This document shows positions 35,595-44,161 of a DNA stretch of 44,161 nucleotides, one piece after another (position 1 is the stretch's first letter; every line of letters starts with the position of its first letter). A model generated the notes under the pieces. The model was given only the letters and a program-made list of their open reading frames with translations, was not told where the DNA came from and ran no database searches. Source of the DNA: a virus (Duplodnaviria; Caudoviricetes). Where the stretch lies: the IMG/VR virus record IMGVR_UViG_3300032280_001176, positions 1 to 44,161 of that record. One strand, written 5' to 3'. A program made the translations under genes and the position numbers.

Positions 35595-36813
35595 GATAGA
35601 AATATTTGAAGGTTCGAACGTTTCAAACTTCTTACTTAAAGAAAAAGAGACGTTCGAACTTTATAAAGAAAACAGCAACTGTCTTTATTCGAACACAAGA
35701 ATAATTGACAATCCAACTGTCAATTATCTAAATGAGTTTTTTAGTAAAAGTGTTCATCTTCCTGAATACCAACTTAAGTCAATTCTTAAGAAAGAGTATG
35801 ATGATTGTGAGAAGATCTATCCTTATCTTGGAGAAGTATTTTTAAACCTCTTCTTTGATAAGGATCTTCTTGCTGATAAAAATGTTCATCTTTTTAGAAA
35901 AGATACTGTTGAAGAGTTTTTAGAAACATCTAAAGATGAAAATGCAAAAAGCATAGTTAGATGGATTGTTCAAAACTCTTCAACAGATAGAATTGTAGAG
36001 ATTGAATCTTCTTTTGGCGAATCTATCTCTATTAAAAAAGAAGATGACATATTTGTAAAAATAGAATTTGATTCTTCATTTTTAGGAAATAAAAAATCTT
36101 TAGAAATGAAAGACTATCGATTTGCTATCATAGATGGTTACATTGAGTCTGTAAGTGAAATACATCATATGCTTCATTTTGCTGCGATGAACAAGGAACC
36201 TCATGTTCTCTTTTGTTTCGGAATGTCAGACGAAGTTAAAAATGTTATTATTCAAAACAATGCTAAGAAAATAACTCAAATTTTTCCTGTCTCTATGAAA
36301 GTAACTGAAGATACAATTAACATCATGAATGATATTGCTCTTCTTCATAGTTCTGACATTATTTCTTCTCTTAAAGGTCAGACAATATCACAAGAGATGA
36401 GAAAAGAGTTAAAAAAAGGAAACACGATTACTTTTGCCAGAGACGGATTTAAAATAGCACCACTTTGTAGTCTTAATGATATCAAGATTCACATAAACTT
36501 CCTTCAGAATAGAATCAAGAACTCAGCACCTGATGCAAATATTGAGCTTATTGAAAACAGAATTAAAAACTTAAATAGCAAAGTTCTTAAAGTTTATGTT
36601 CCAGAAGAGCTTAAGAAAGATATTGGTTTCAATCGAGATCTAGATTATCTTTTAAGAATGTTAGACACATCGCTTAGAGGTTATGTTAAATTGTCATTTG
36701 ACAAAAGAAATGTCATGGTTCCTAGAATTTTATACAGTTATGCGATTAAAAAGGTTAACGCTACAAAATTGTTATTCTATAATATTGACAAGATTCTAAT
36801 CAGAAAGGAGTAA
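35563..36813 (+). CDS. degenerate chaperonin (GroEL-like apical region)
   Basis: IESVSEIHHML...EP...NN..., MNDIALL and RIKNLNSKVLKV resemble the GroEL apical/intermediate region; no GDGTT motif; start uncertain. Confidence 0.5.
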   Translation: MHQTTCGETHKIEIFEGSNVSNFLLKEKETFELYKENSNCLYSNTRIIDNPTVNYLNEFFSKSVHLPEYQLKSILKKEYDDCEKIYPYLGEVFLNLFFDKDLLADKNVHLFRKDTVEEFLETSKDENAKSIVRWIVQNSSTDRIVEIESSFGESISIKKEDDIFVKIEFDSSFLGNKKSLEMKDYRFAIIDGYIESVSEIHHMLHFAAMNKEPHVLFCFGMSDEVKNVIIQNNAKKITQIFPVSMKVTEDTINIMNDIALLHSSDIISSLKGQTISQEMRKELKKGNTITFARDGFKIAPLCSLNDIKIHINFLQNRIKNSAPDANIELIENRIKNLNSKVLKVYVPEELKKDIGFNRDLDYLLRMLDTSLRGYVKLSFDKRNVMVPRILYSYAIKKVNATKLLFYNIDKILIRKE

Positions 36814-36815
36814 AA

Positions 36816-37019
36816 ATGGCAAGTCAATCAAAAGTCATGGGATCAGTTACACAAACCGTTCGTTTTATCATTGAGCGTCTACAGGCAGAAATTGCTGAAA
36901 ACAGAGGCACTCTTTCATTGAATGAAAATCAGACCCGTGTACTTGTAAGTATGGTAGAGAAGTCTGTTCAAGATTCTTACAATAGATCTATGAATCAAAT
37001 CATTAAAACTATCGATTAA
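36816..37019 (+). CDS. hypothetical protein
   Basis: AAGGAG RBS. Confidence 0.7.
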   Translation: MASQSKVMGSVTQTVRFIIERLQAEIAENRGTLSLNENQTRVLVSMVEKSVQDSYNRSMNQIIKTID

Positions 37020-37020
37020 A

Positions 37021-37494
37021 ATGAAAGGAATAAAACATCTCATAGAATGTCATTGTTTCTTAAAGATCTTTGACAAGGGTGAAAAGAAAATAAATCATAA
37101 GTTTCCTGTTTACTCAAAGTTTGATGAGAATGACAACGTAGTTCCTAAATTAGTCAAATGTAACAACTGCGAATCTTTACACTATGTTTATGATGTTTTT
37201 AAGTCTGAGTTAAGACCCGGAAAAGAAGATATCACTTCAATTCTCAATATAGAAGATATTGTTCAAATGCTTCCAGAAAAGATAAGCACTGTTCTTACCT
37301 CTAACAGAGCAGACATTGCTGATTATGAACATGCTCTTGATATTGTAGAAAATCAATTGTGGGGAAGCATGATTGTTTTGAAAAGATCGATCGTCGGTGA
37401 ATCTGAAAATGTCAAAGTGTTACAAATTGAATCAGAAAGTAAGATTAAAATATTAAACAAAGAAATCAATACTATTGTTATGAGCAAAAAATGA
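37021..37494 (+). CDS. hypothetical protein, possible Zn-binding
   Basis: ECHC...CNNC..H. Confidence 0.7.
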   Translation: MKGIKHLIECHCFLKIFDKGEKKINHKFPVYSKFDENDNVVPKLVKCNNCESLHYVYDVFKSELRPGKEDITSILNIEDIVQMLPEKISTVLTSNRADIADYEHALDIVENQLWGSMIVLKRSIVGESENVKVLQIESESKIKILNKEINTIVMSKK

Positions 37495-37736
37495 ATGATA
37501 TAAAAATGCTTCAAACTGTAAAAAGAAAGAAAGAATCAAGAGATATTGTAAAGCAGATTTTAGACTTTGGAGTAAATGAAGATCAAAAGATCGACATAAT
37601 GTTTAATATTGCTTTGACAATCGAAAACAATACAGCAATGAAAGAAATAACTTCGACATTAAAAAAATATATAGAAAACATTAACAAAGATGAAGAAGTT
37701 AATAATAATAACGAAAGAGCAAAGCTCTTAATATAA
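37491..37736 (+). CDS. hypothetical protein
   Basis: ATGA overlap with the previous gene. Confidence 0.7.
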   Translation: MNDIKMLQTVKRKKESRDIVKQILDFGVNEDQKIDIMFNIALTIENNTAMKEITSTLKKYIENINKDEEVNNNNERAKLLI

Positions 37737-37747
37737 AGGAGAATAAA

Positions 37748-37936
37748 ATGAGTGATCTACAAGAATTAGTTGAAAAATTTGAAGTGTTGAGAACCCTAGT
37801 TGAGTCACTTCGCGCCGACGTTGTTAAGCATGCTTCAGGGAATAAGACTGCAGGCCTAAGAGTTCGTCGTGGTCTACGCGATGTTAAAAAGCTATCTTCT
37901 GATATCGTAAGAGAGTCAGTTGAGCTAAGTAAGTAA
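37748..37936 (+). CDS. histone H1-like (Hc1 family-like) small protein
   Basis: D..K...GNKTAGLRVRRGL..K motif; AAGGAG RBS. Confidence 0.65.
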   Translation: MSDLQELVEKFEVLRTLVESLRADVVKHASGNKTAGLRVRRGLRDVKKLSSDIVRESVELSK

Positions 37937-37969
37937 AATTAAATTAAATTAACGATCTTTATAATAGAA

Positions 37970-37995
37970 AGCCCGGTAGCAAAAACTACCGGGCT
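37970..37995. terminator. hairpin between convergent genes
   Basis: AGCCCGGTAG-CAAAAA-CTACCGGGCT. Confidence 0.7.
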
Positions 37996-38016
37996 CCCTC
38001 GTTTTTAAAGCAAGAT

Positions 38017-38247
38017 TTAAATCTTTTCACTTATAAATTTAAGTTTTTTAACAGCCATCTTTTCTATCTGACATATTCTCATTCTTGTAACGCCAAAGAT
38101 CTTTCCTACGTCTTCAAGAGTGAGATTAGAATTTTTCTTACAAAGATTTAAACAGCACATCTGTGAATCTTTACAGTCAATCCAATATCTACAATTCATT
38201 TTTTCGCACTCAGCACCTGTTTTATTGTGATATTCATAGCATTTCAT
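38017..38247 (-). CDS. Cys-rich domain plus sigma70 region 4 HTH protein
   Basis: LTLEDVGKIFGVTRMRICQIEKMAVKKL compared with sigma70 region 4.2 [27 protein letters not shown]; AGGAG RBS. Confidence 0.8.
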   Translation of the reverse strand: MKCYEYHNKTGAECEKMNCRYWIDCKDSQMCCLNLCKKNSNLTLEDVGKIFGVTRMRICQIEKMAVKKLKFISEKI

Positions 38248-38313
38248 ATTTTACTCCTATAGGCGATATTTAGTATTATAGACATAAGTTCTTTAATGAA
38301 CAACAGGAGTAAA

Positions 38314-39660
38314 ATGTCAGTTAACAGCAGAAAGCTTTTTGTAGTTGATACCAATGTTCTTCTTTACGACAAAGAGGCAATTCATTCTTTCCCAGGAAAT
38401 AATGTCGTTGTTCCGCTAGTCGTACTAGACGAACTTGATAGATTTAAAGATAAAAGCGGAGTAATTGGAGAATCTGCGAGGTATGTTAATAGATTTCTTG
38501 ACGAGCTAAGAGAAAAAGGTGATCTTAGTCATGGTGTCTATTTAGAGAAGAATGATCAAAATCTAAGAGTAGAAATCAACGGTTCCACTAGTAATATTCC
38601 AGAGTTTTTAGATAAAAACTGTGCAGATAATCAGATTATTTCTTGCGCACTTTATACACAAAGCAAGTTTCCTGAATCAAAGACAATTGTTGTTACAAAA
38701 GACATTAACTTTAGAGTTAAGTGCGATGCAGTTGGTCTAAAAGCTGAAGACTATTACAGAGATCGTGTTCTCGATTCAGACGACGAGATGTACAAAGGTT
38801 ATCTCGATATTGAAGTAGATTCTAAAGAAATCATTGATGATCTTTATGAAAACATTACTAATCATTCTCTGGCAACTGAACTTTGTGAGAGAGTCAATAG
38901 CTTTATTGATCGAAAGTTTTATGAAAATGAGTTTCTATGCATCAAGCACGATAAGGCATCCTACATTGGCGTTCACAAAAAAGGTGTCATTACAAAGTTA
39001 AAGAATGAAAAAGATTTCAAGACGATGTTTTCATGCTCAGCTAAGAACAGAGAACAGCTCTATGCTTTAAACGCATTGTTAGATCCAAACATTAGCTTGG
39101 TAACAATTACAGGCTTGGCAGGTTCTGGTAAGACATTTATTACTTTAATGACTGCTGTTGCAGGATTGAATGAAGGAAAGTATGACAGAATTGTTATTAC
39201 TAGAAATGTTCAACCTGTTGGAAAAGACATTGGATTCTTGCCTGGTGATCTAAAAGAGAAGATGCTTCCATGGATGTCTCCTATTATGGATAACTTCCGT
39301 CATGCTTTCAAAGATAAAGACTTAAGCTACTTTGAAATGCTTTTAGACAAAGGAACTATTGAGATTGCACCTTTGTCTTACATGAGAGGTAGAACTTTTA
39401 GTAATACATTCTTAATCTTTGACGAAGCACAGAACTCAACAATTCATGAAATTAAAACAGTTATAACTAGAATTGGTGAAAATTCAAAGATAGTTATGCT
39501 TGGTGACACAGATCAAATTGACACTCCTTACATCGACTCTCTGTCGAATGGTTTAACAATTGTTGCAGAAAAATTTAAAAATGAGCATGTTGCAGCACAT
39601 ATTAAGCTTAAAAAAGGAGAAAGGTCATATTTATCTGCAATAGCTGCAAAAATCATCTAG
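38314..39660 (+). CDS. phoH: PIN-domain PhoH family protein (PhoH2-type)
   Basis: VVDTNVLL PIN domain; GLAGSGKT; IGFLPG; MRGRTF; DEAQN; GDTDQID. Confidence 0.9.
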   Translation: MSVNSRKLFVVDTNVLLYDKEAIHSFPGNNVVVPLVVLDELDRFKDKSGVIGESARYVNRFLDELREKGDLSHGVYLEKNDQNLRVEINGSTSNIPEFLDKNCADNQIISCALYTQSKFPESKTIVVTKDINFRVKCDAVGLKAEDYYRDRVLDSDDEMYKGYLDIEVDSKEIIDDLYENITNHSLATELCERVNSFIDRKFYENEFLCIKHDKASYIGVHKKGVITKLKNEKDFKTMFSCSAKNREQLYALNALLDPNISLVTITGLAGSGKTFITLMTAVAGLNEGKYDRIVITRNVQPVGKDIGFLPGDLKEKMLPWMSPIMDNFRHAFKDKDLSYFEMLLDKGTIEIAPLSYMRGRTFSNTFLIFDEAQNSTIHEIKTVITRIGENSKIVMLGDTDQIDTPYIDSLSNGLTIVAEKFKNEHVAAHIKLKKGERSYLSAIAAKII

Positions 39661-39667
39661 GGTAAAA

Positions 39668-40015
39668 ATGCCAACAGTTTACAGTTTCACAAGAAAAGAC
39701 AAGAACAGGTACAGGAAAGTATACAGGTTTATTCGAAAGAAGCCTGTATATGAGTACTGTTCAAATGAAGAGTTTGAGATGATAGCTGGTTATCTAACTT
39801 TTACAAACTCTTCTGGACCAGAAACTTATACTTTTCCTGGAACTGTAAGTTTTTTGAATGTGCCAATAGTCAATGTGACATCAGTAGATTCTGAGAGTAA
39901 TGAGCAGGCAAACGTAAATGCTTTTGTGACATCAATCACTACGACCTCACTTTCAGTGTCTGTAAGCGCTCCATTTACAGGCAGAGTTCATTTTATAATT
40001 ATGGGTCAAGACTAA
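39668..40015 (+). CDS. hypothetical beta-rich protein (possibly virion/tail)
   Basis: ORF track; P.V...NAFVTSITTT pattern shared with the next ORF. Confidence 0.6.
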   Translation: MPTVYSFTRKDKNRYRKVYRFIRKKPVYEYCSNEEFEMIAGYLTFTNSSGPETYTFPGTVSFLNVPIVNVTSVDSESNEQANVNAFVTSITTTSLSVSVSAPFTGRVHFIIMGQD

Positions 40016-40251
40016 TGAGTTCGATTCCATTTTTAACAATGTTTGCAGGCTCTGAAAATGCATTAAATGCAGATTATATTGATATCAACTTCACAGTTGC
40101 AGTATTTTCATTGCCTCCAATTATTACTGCCTCTATAGAACAAAATATAAAAGTTTATGTCACAAACATCACAACAACAACAGCAAGAATAAACTTTTCT
40201 TCAAATTACACAGGAAAAGTTTATTTCTTGATTAGACCTGCAACCACCTAG
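40015..40251 (+). CDS. hypothetical beta-rich protein
   Basis: F..PPIITAS...VTNITTT; paralogous pattern to 39668-40015. Confidence 0.6.
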   Translation: MSSIPFLTMFAGSENALNADYIDINFTVAVFSLPPIITASIEQNIKVYVTNITTTTARINFSSNYTGKVYFLIRPATT

Positions 40252-40259
40252 AGAAAATA

Positions 40260-41498
40260 ATGGCAAAAGATTTTAGAACATCACAGATAGAAGTCACAAA
40301 AATAATACTTTCAGGTGGAATTGGAACGTCCGGAATAGGAGGTCTAATCTATAGCGGTTCTGTTGCAACAAATAGAGAAGGAGGAATTCCTGCTGCAATG
40401 TTAAGCAATGTCGGACCCGACACAATGCTTTTCGTTTCAGGCGTTATTGGTGGAAAAGGAACTTCTGGTGTTGTTGTATTTGGTGGAGATGTTGTTGCAA
40501 GTGGCTCTTTGACGATAGGCACAGGTTCAATTACAATTACTTCCAATGAAATTAAATTTTTAGGTGGAAATGCAAAAATAAACTCTGGATCAGGTGGACT
40601 TACATTTTTTGACTCTGGAAATCCTGCAGGGGTTACACTAAGCAGCTTAGTAGCCGGCGGCAGCACAGCTCCTGAATACTGGTCATCTTCAACTAACAAA
40701 GCTATTTTTACCACAGGATCAGCAGCATTTGTAGGCGATGATGTAGGCTTTGATTCACCTCAAGATAAAGGAAGTGATGTATTCTTCTATGTTTCAGGAA
40801 CTATGGGCGGATTTGGTGGCTTTCAAAACGCTATGTCTTTGTTCGGCGGTGACGTTGTTATATCTGGTAGTTTAAGACAAGGAAGTTTAAATAACGCAAA
40901 AGGTCAATATTCACACGCTCAGGGTATAGAAACTACTGCATTAGGAAACGCTTCACACACTGAAGGTGTTTATACGATTGCTTCTGGATCAGGTCAACTC
41001 GTTATTGGAAAATATAACAAAAGAGGTAATGACTTCTCTCTGTTTGTAATTGGTGATGGTTCTGGCGACGCTGATGCGAATAGAGGTGACATCTTAAGAG
41101 TAAATTCTGGATCTACACCTGGAAATGGACGAATAGAAGTGTCTGGCTCATTGATTGTTTCAAGCTCTGAATACACAATGAGTTCTGTTTTTAGAAAGAC
41201 TTCTTCTCACAATAGCAGTTTTAACGTAGCTGCAGAAAGTCATTATATGCTAATTAGTTTAAACAGCACTTTGACAGCTTCTCTACCAACAGCAGCTAAC
41301 GCAGGTTCTGGAAGAGAGCTCATATTCAAAGATGTTTCTGGAAACGCTTCTTCAGGCACAACACTTGTAATAGAAATATCGGCTGGATCTGGTGACACAA
41401 TAGATAGTGCCACAAGTTTAAAAATAACAACTGCTTACGGATCAGCAAAGTTGATTTCTAATGGCACAGACAAATATCATATCGTAGGAACTAACTAA
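40260..41498 (+). CDS. tail-fibre/adhesin-like structural protein
   Basis: Gly/Ser-rich; repeated FGGDVV.SGS; YadA-head-like SHAQG..T.A.G.ASHTEG; C-terminal LP.A...GREL..KD domain. Confidence 0.65.
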   Translation: MAKDFRTSQIEVTKIILSGGIGTSGIGGLIYSGSVATNREGGIPAAMLSNVGPDTMLFVSGVIGGKGTSGVVVFGGDVVASGSLTIGTGSITITSNEIKFLGGNAKINSGSGGLTFFDSGNPAGVTLSSLVAGGSTAPEYWSSSTNKAIFTTGSAAFVGDDVGFDSPQDKGSDVFFYVSGTMGGFGGFQNAMSLFGGDVVISGSLRQGSLNNAKGQYSHAQGIETTALGNASHTEGVYTIASGSGQLVIGKYNKRGNDFSLFVIGDGSGDADANRGDILRVNSGSTPGNGRIEVSGSLIVSSSEYTMSSVFRKTSSHNSSFNVAAESHYMLISLNSTLTASLPTAANAGSGRELIFKDVSGNASSGTTLVIEISAGSGDTIDSATSLKITTAYGSAKLISNGTDKYHIVGTN

Positions 41499-42250
41499 TG
41501 TCTAGTTTATATCTATCTGGAACCTCTTGGGTGCTCGCTGATGATGTTTCAAATAAAACAAGATCTTTGGGCAACTTGAACGGCGGCACGTATAGTTTTT
41601 CTGATACTGCTGCTGTGGCACTGTCAAGTTATAGCTATGATGCAGGAACTGATACACACACTTTTAACACCAACACTATTGGTGTAGGTAACGAAACATA
41701 TAGTCTCATTAGCGGAGCAAACTTCACGTCTCCTAAGTGGAGAGCACCTCTTACATATTCAGATGGTTCTTCAGTTCTTGTCGGTGATGCTTTTAGTCTT
41801 GATGTCCGTTTTGACAACTTCTCTGTAGGTGCATCTCGAAACTATCTTGTTGCTGTCTGCGTAGTTGAAAGCGCGTCAAGCACTGTTATCGGAACAATGC
41901 GGCCCAGTGGTGTGTATGGTTTAACAACATCAGTTGGAACGCCAGGCGTTGGTATTGTTGCTGATAACTTTGGAGCTGCTGGAACTGTTGCTTCAATGTT
42001 ATCGGGTGTAGGTACTGTAGCGTTTACAGGTGGTAGCGCAATTGGTTCGTGTGTTAAAGCCGGCGGCGCTTGTGCTGCAAGAAGCGCAACTACAGGTGCG
42101 GCAACCACGCGCGCTGATGGTAACACCTGGGCAAGTGCAGCCTCTTCTCAGCTTGCGCTTGCAATTATGTTGTCTACTAACGGTACTGTTGCCACCACAG
42201 GTGGCGCACTTGCAATGCGGATTAAATATAATATTGTAAAACTTAGCTAA
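41498..42250 (+). CDS. putative structural protein
   Basis: Ser/Thr/Gly/Ala-rich; coupled to the previous gene. Confidence 0.6.
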   Translation: MSSLYLSGTSWVLADDVSNKTRSLGNLNGGTYSFSDTAAVALSSYSYDAGTDTHTFNTNTIGVGNETYSLISGANFTSPKWRAPLTYSDGSSVLVGDAFSLDVRFDNFSVGASRNYLVAVCVVESASSTVIGTMRPSGVYGLTTSVGTPGVGIVADNFGAAGTVASMLSGVGTVAFTGGSAIGSCVKAGGACAARSATTGAATTRADGNTWASAASSQLALAIMLSTNGTVATTGGALAMRIKYNIVKLS

Positions 42251-42256
42251 GGATAA

Positions 42257-42466
42257 ATTAGGCGTGTAGATGTTTGTAGTGCCGGCTACTTTCAGTGTAA
42301 TGATGACAAATACGAAGATGGTTTCTCTATCACGTTTGTGATGTCTGAAGAGGAAGTAAATGTGCTGTTGACGGGTTACGACCCCAATAGTAGCAAAAGT
42401 CCAACTGATTTAGTTAGTCTTTCCATTGCTAAACCTATTGCAGAAGCACTTCGCCAGAAATTATAG
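42257..42466 (+). CDS. possible small protein (start uncertain: ATT 42257 or ATG 42341)
   Basis: open frame of 69 codons fills the gap between genes. Confidence 0.35.
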   Translation: MRRVDVCSAGYFQCNDDKYEDGFSITFVMSEEEVNVLLTGYDPNSSKSPTDLVSLSIAKPIAEALRQKL

Positions 42467-42579
42467 ATATTATAAAAGCGTTGCAAGTTGATTTTAGATA
42501 AATTCTAAGACGACTTAGCAACCAATATTTAAAACAAAAACTTTTTACTTATAATTCTTGCACAACCGCAAGGAATTAA

Positions 42580-44161
42580 ATGAAAAGTCCTTTTGATAAC
42601 AGTATAGAAAATACTTTTGAAAATTCAAAGATAGTCTTCGTCTCAGACTTTAGTGTTAAAGATTATGCTGGAGGTGCCGAGTTATCTACGTCTGCACTTA
42701 TGGAGTCTTCAACACTTGGTACACCTTTCTTTCTAAGAAGTAAAGAACTTACTAAAGAGCACATTGCTAATGGAACTCAAAAGATTTGGGTCTTTTTTAA
42801 TTTTGGAAGCATGGATCTTAGTCTTGTTCCCACTGTAGTTGCTAATTGTCATTACTTTATTGTTGAATATGACTATAAATTTTGCAGATATAGATCAATA
42901 GAAAAACATCAAATTGAAGAAGGAAAAGCTTGTGACTGTCACAAGACACAATTTGGTCTTTTTATGTCTTCTTTCTTTGCAGGTGCAGAACACATCTTTT
43001 ATATGTCAGAACTGCAAAGAAAAATTCAAGTAGCAAGATTTCCATTTTTAGGTGAAGAAAAATCTTCTGTTTTAAGCTCTGTATTTGATGTAAAAGATCT
43101 AGAATTTATCGAGCGTCTAAGAAACACCAGACAAAGTGTCAGAAATGCATATGCAATTATGGGATCTAATTCCTGGATCAAAGGCGTCAAAGAAGCGCAG
43201 AATCATCTACGTGACCTCCAGATCCACTTTGATGTGATAGGCGGTTTACCTTACCATGACATGCTTAGAAAGTTATCTGAGTACAACGGGTTGTGTTTCA
43301 GACCACTCGGTGGTGATACTTGCCCAAGACTCGTAATAGAGGCAAAGCTTTTAGGTCTTGAGTTAGATATCAATGAAAATGTGCAGCACGCTTTAGAAGA
43401 CTGGTTTAACAAAGATGTAGATCAGATTGAATCTTATCTTTTGGATGCACATAATAGATTCTGGAATAAAATAGAATCTTTTGTCGCAAAACTACCTTCA
43501 TTTAGCGGCTACACAACAGTTAGAAATGTTGAAACTCAAGGATACCCATGGCGAAAATCTATATCTTCTCTTCTTCAATTTTGTGAAGAAGTTGTTGTTG
43601 TAGATTGTGGTTCAGATGATGGATCTTTTGAGCACTTACAAGAATGGTCAAAAAAAGATAACAGAATTAAACTGTATCAAAAAACAATCGACACCAGTGA
43701 TCCTTCTTTTGCAGTCAAAGTAGATGGTGAAATGAAGGCTTACGCAAGAAACCTTTGTACACAAGACTGGTGCTGGCAGCAAGACATTGACGAAGTTGTT
43801 CATGAAGACGACGCACAGAAAATTAAATCTCTTGCTGCCAACATGCCAAAATCAGTTCATTTAGTTGCGCTTCCTGTAATTGAATACTGGGGCGATAAAG
43901 GCAAAGTAAGAGTTGATGTCAATCCTTGGAAATGGAGAATGAGTCGAAACTTATCACATATCACTCACGGCGTTCCAAATGAGCTTAGAAGATATAATGA
44001 CAAAGGTGAGATGTATGCAGCTCCAGGAACTGACTCCTGTGACTACATCGACAAAGACACCGGAGAAAGAATACCTTTTTCATCTTTCTACACACAGCAA
44101 GTTCATAATGCTAGAATGGCTGCTTTGCAAGGAAATTCCGAAGCTTTAAAAAGCTATGAAG
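42580..44161 (+). CDS. two-domain glycosyltransferase (GT-B-like plus GT2), truncated by the window end
   Basis: AAGGA RBS, ATG 42580; VFVSDF...GGAELST; DTCPRLVIEAKLLG; SGYTTVRN...EVVVVDCGSDDGS; WQQDIDE (DxD). Confidence 0.8.
   Translation, partial: MKSPFDNSIENTFENSKIVFVSDFSVKDYAGGAELSTSALMESSTLGTPFFLRSKELTKEHIANGTQKIWVFFNFGSMDLSLVPTVVANCHYFIVEYDYKFCRYRSIEKHQIEEGKACDCHKTQFGLFMSSFFAGAEHIFYMSELQRKIQVARFPFLGEEKSSVLSSVFDVKDLEFIERLRNTRQSVRNAYAIMGSNSWIKGVKEAQNHLRDLQIHFDVIGGLPYHDMLRKLSEYNGLCFRPLGGDTCPRLVIEAKLLGLELDINENVQHALEDWFNKDVDQIESYLLDAHNRFWNKIESFVAKLPSFSGYTTVRNVETQGYPWRKSISSLLQFCEEVVVVDCGSDDGSFEHLQEWSKKDNRIKLYQKTIDTSDPSFAVKVDGEMKAYARNLCTQDWCWQQDIDEVVHEDDAQKIKSLAANMPKSVHLVALPVIEYWGDKGKVRVDVNPWKWRMSRNLSHITHGVPNELRRYNDKGEMYAAPGTDSCDYIDKDTGERIPFSSFYTQQVHNARMAALQGNSEALKSYE

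Noticed and set aside
1-44161. tRNA or rRNA genes
   Set aside because: No cloverleaf with T-loop and acceptor stem, and no rRNA-like segment, was found by eye. tRNAscan-SE would be needed to exclude atypical ones.

Overview
The window looks like part of a large (jumbo-type) lytic phage genome and has two sharply different halves. (1) About 1-14,450 is GC-rich (by eye roughly 55-60%). It is built from small single-gene cassettes, almost each behind its own copy of a sigma70-like promoter GTG(C/T)AA-N17-TA(A/G/T)GAT (about 29 copies). It also holds three paralogues of a winged-helix-like protein, 17 intergenic CGACCCTG boxes, and five related 200-340 bp non-coding elements made of degenerate RYRTCTYRYRC units with a conserved pyrimidine tail. 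(2) About 14,450-44,161 is AT-rich (by eye roughly 35%). About 14 of its proteins share an N-terminal MK(I/L)(S/T)xxxL(R)xxIxE-type leader; they include ART-like, Tpt1/KptA-like, PNK-like, kinase-like, annexin-like and DUF2272-like proteins. This half also encodes uvsE, a complete YeaH-SpoVR-PrkA triad, a degenerate GroEL-like protein, an Hc1-like protein, a stand-alone sigma70 region-4 protein, PIN-PhoH, tail-fibre-like genes and a glycosyltransferase cut by the window end. One gene is split at an A9 slippery run. I saw no tRNA, rRNA, CRISPR array or integrase. All functional calls come from motif recognition by eye, not from database searches.
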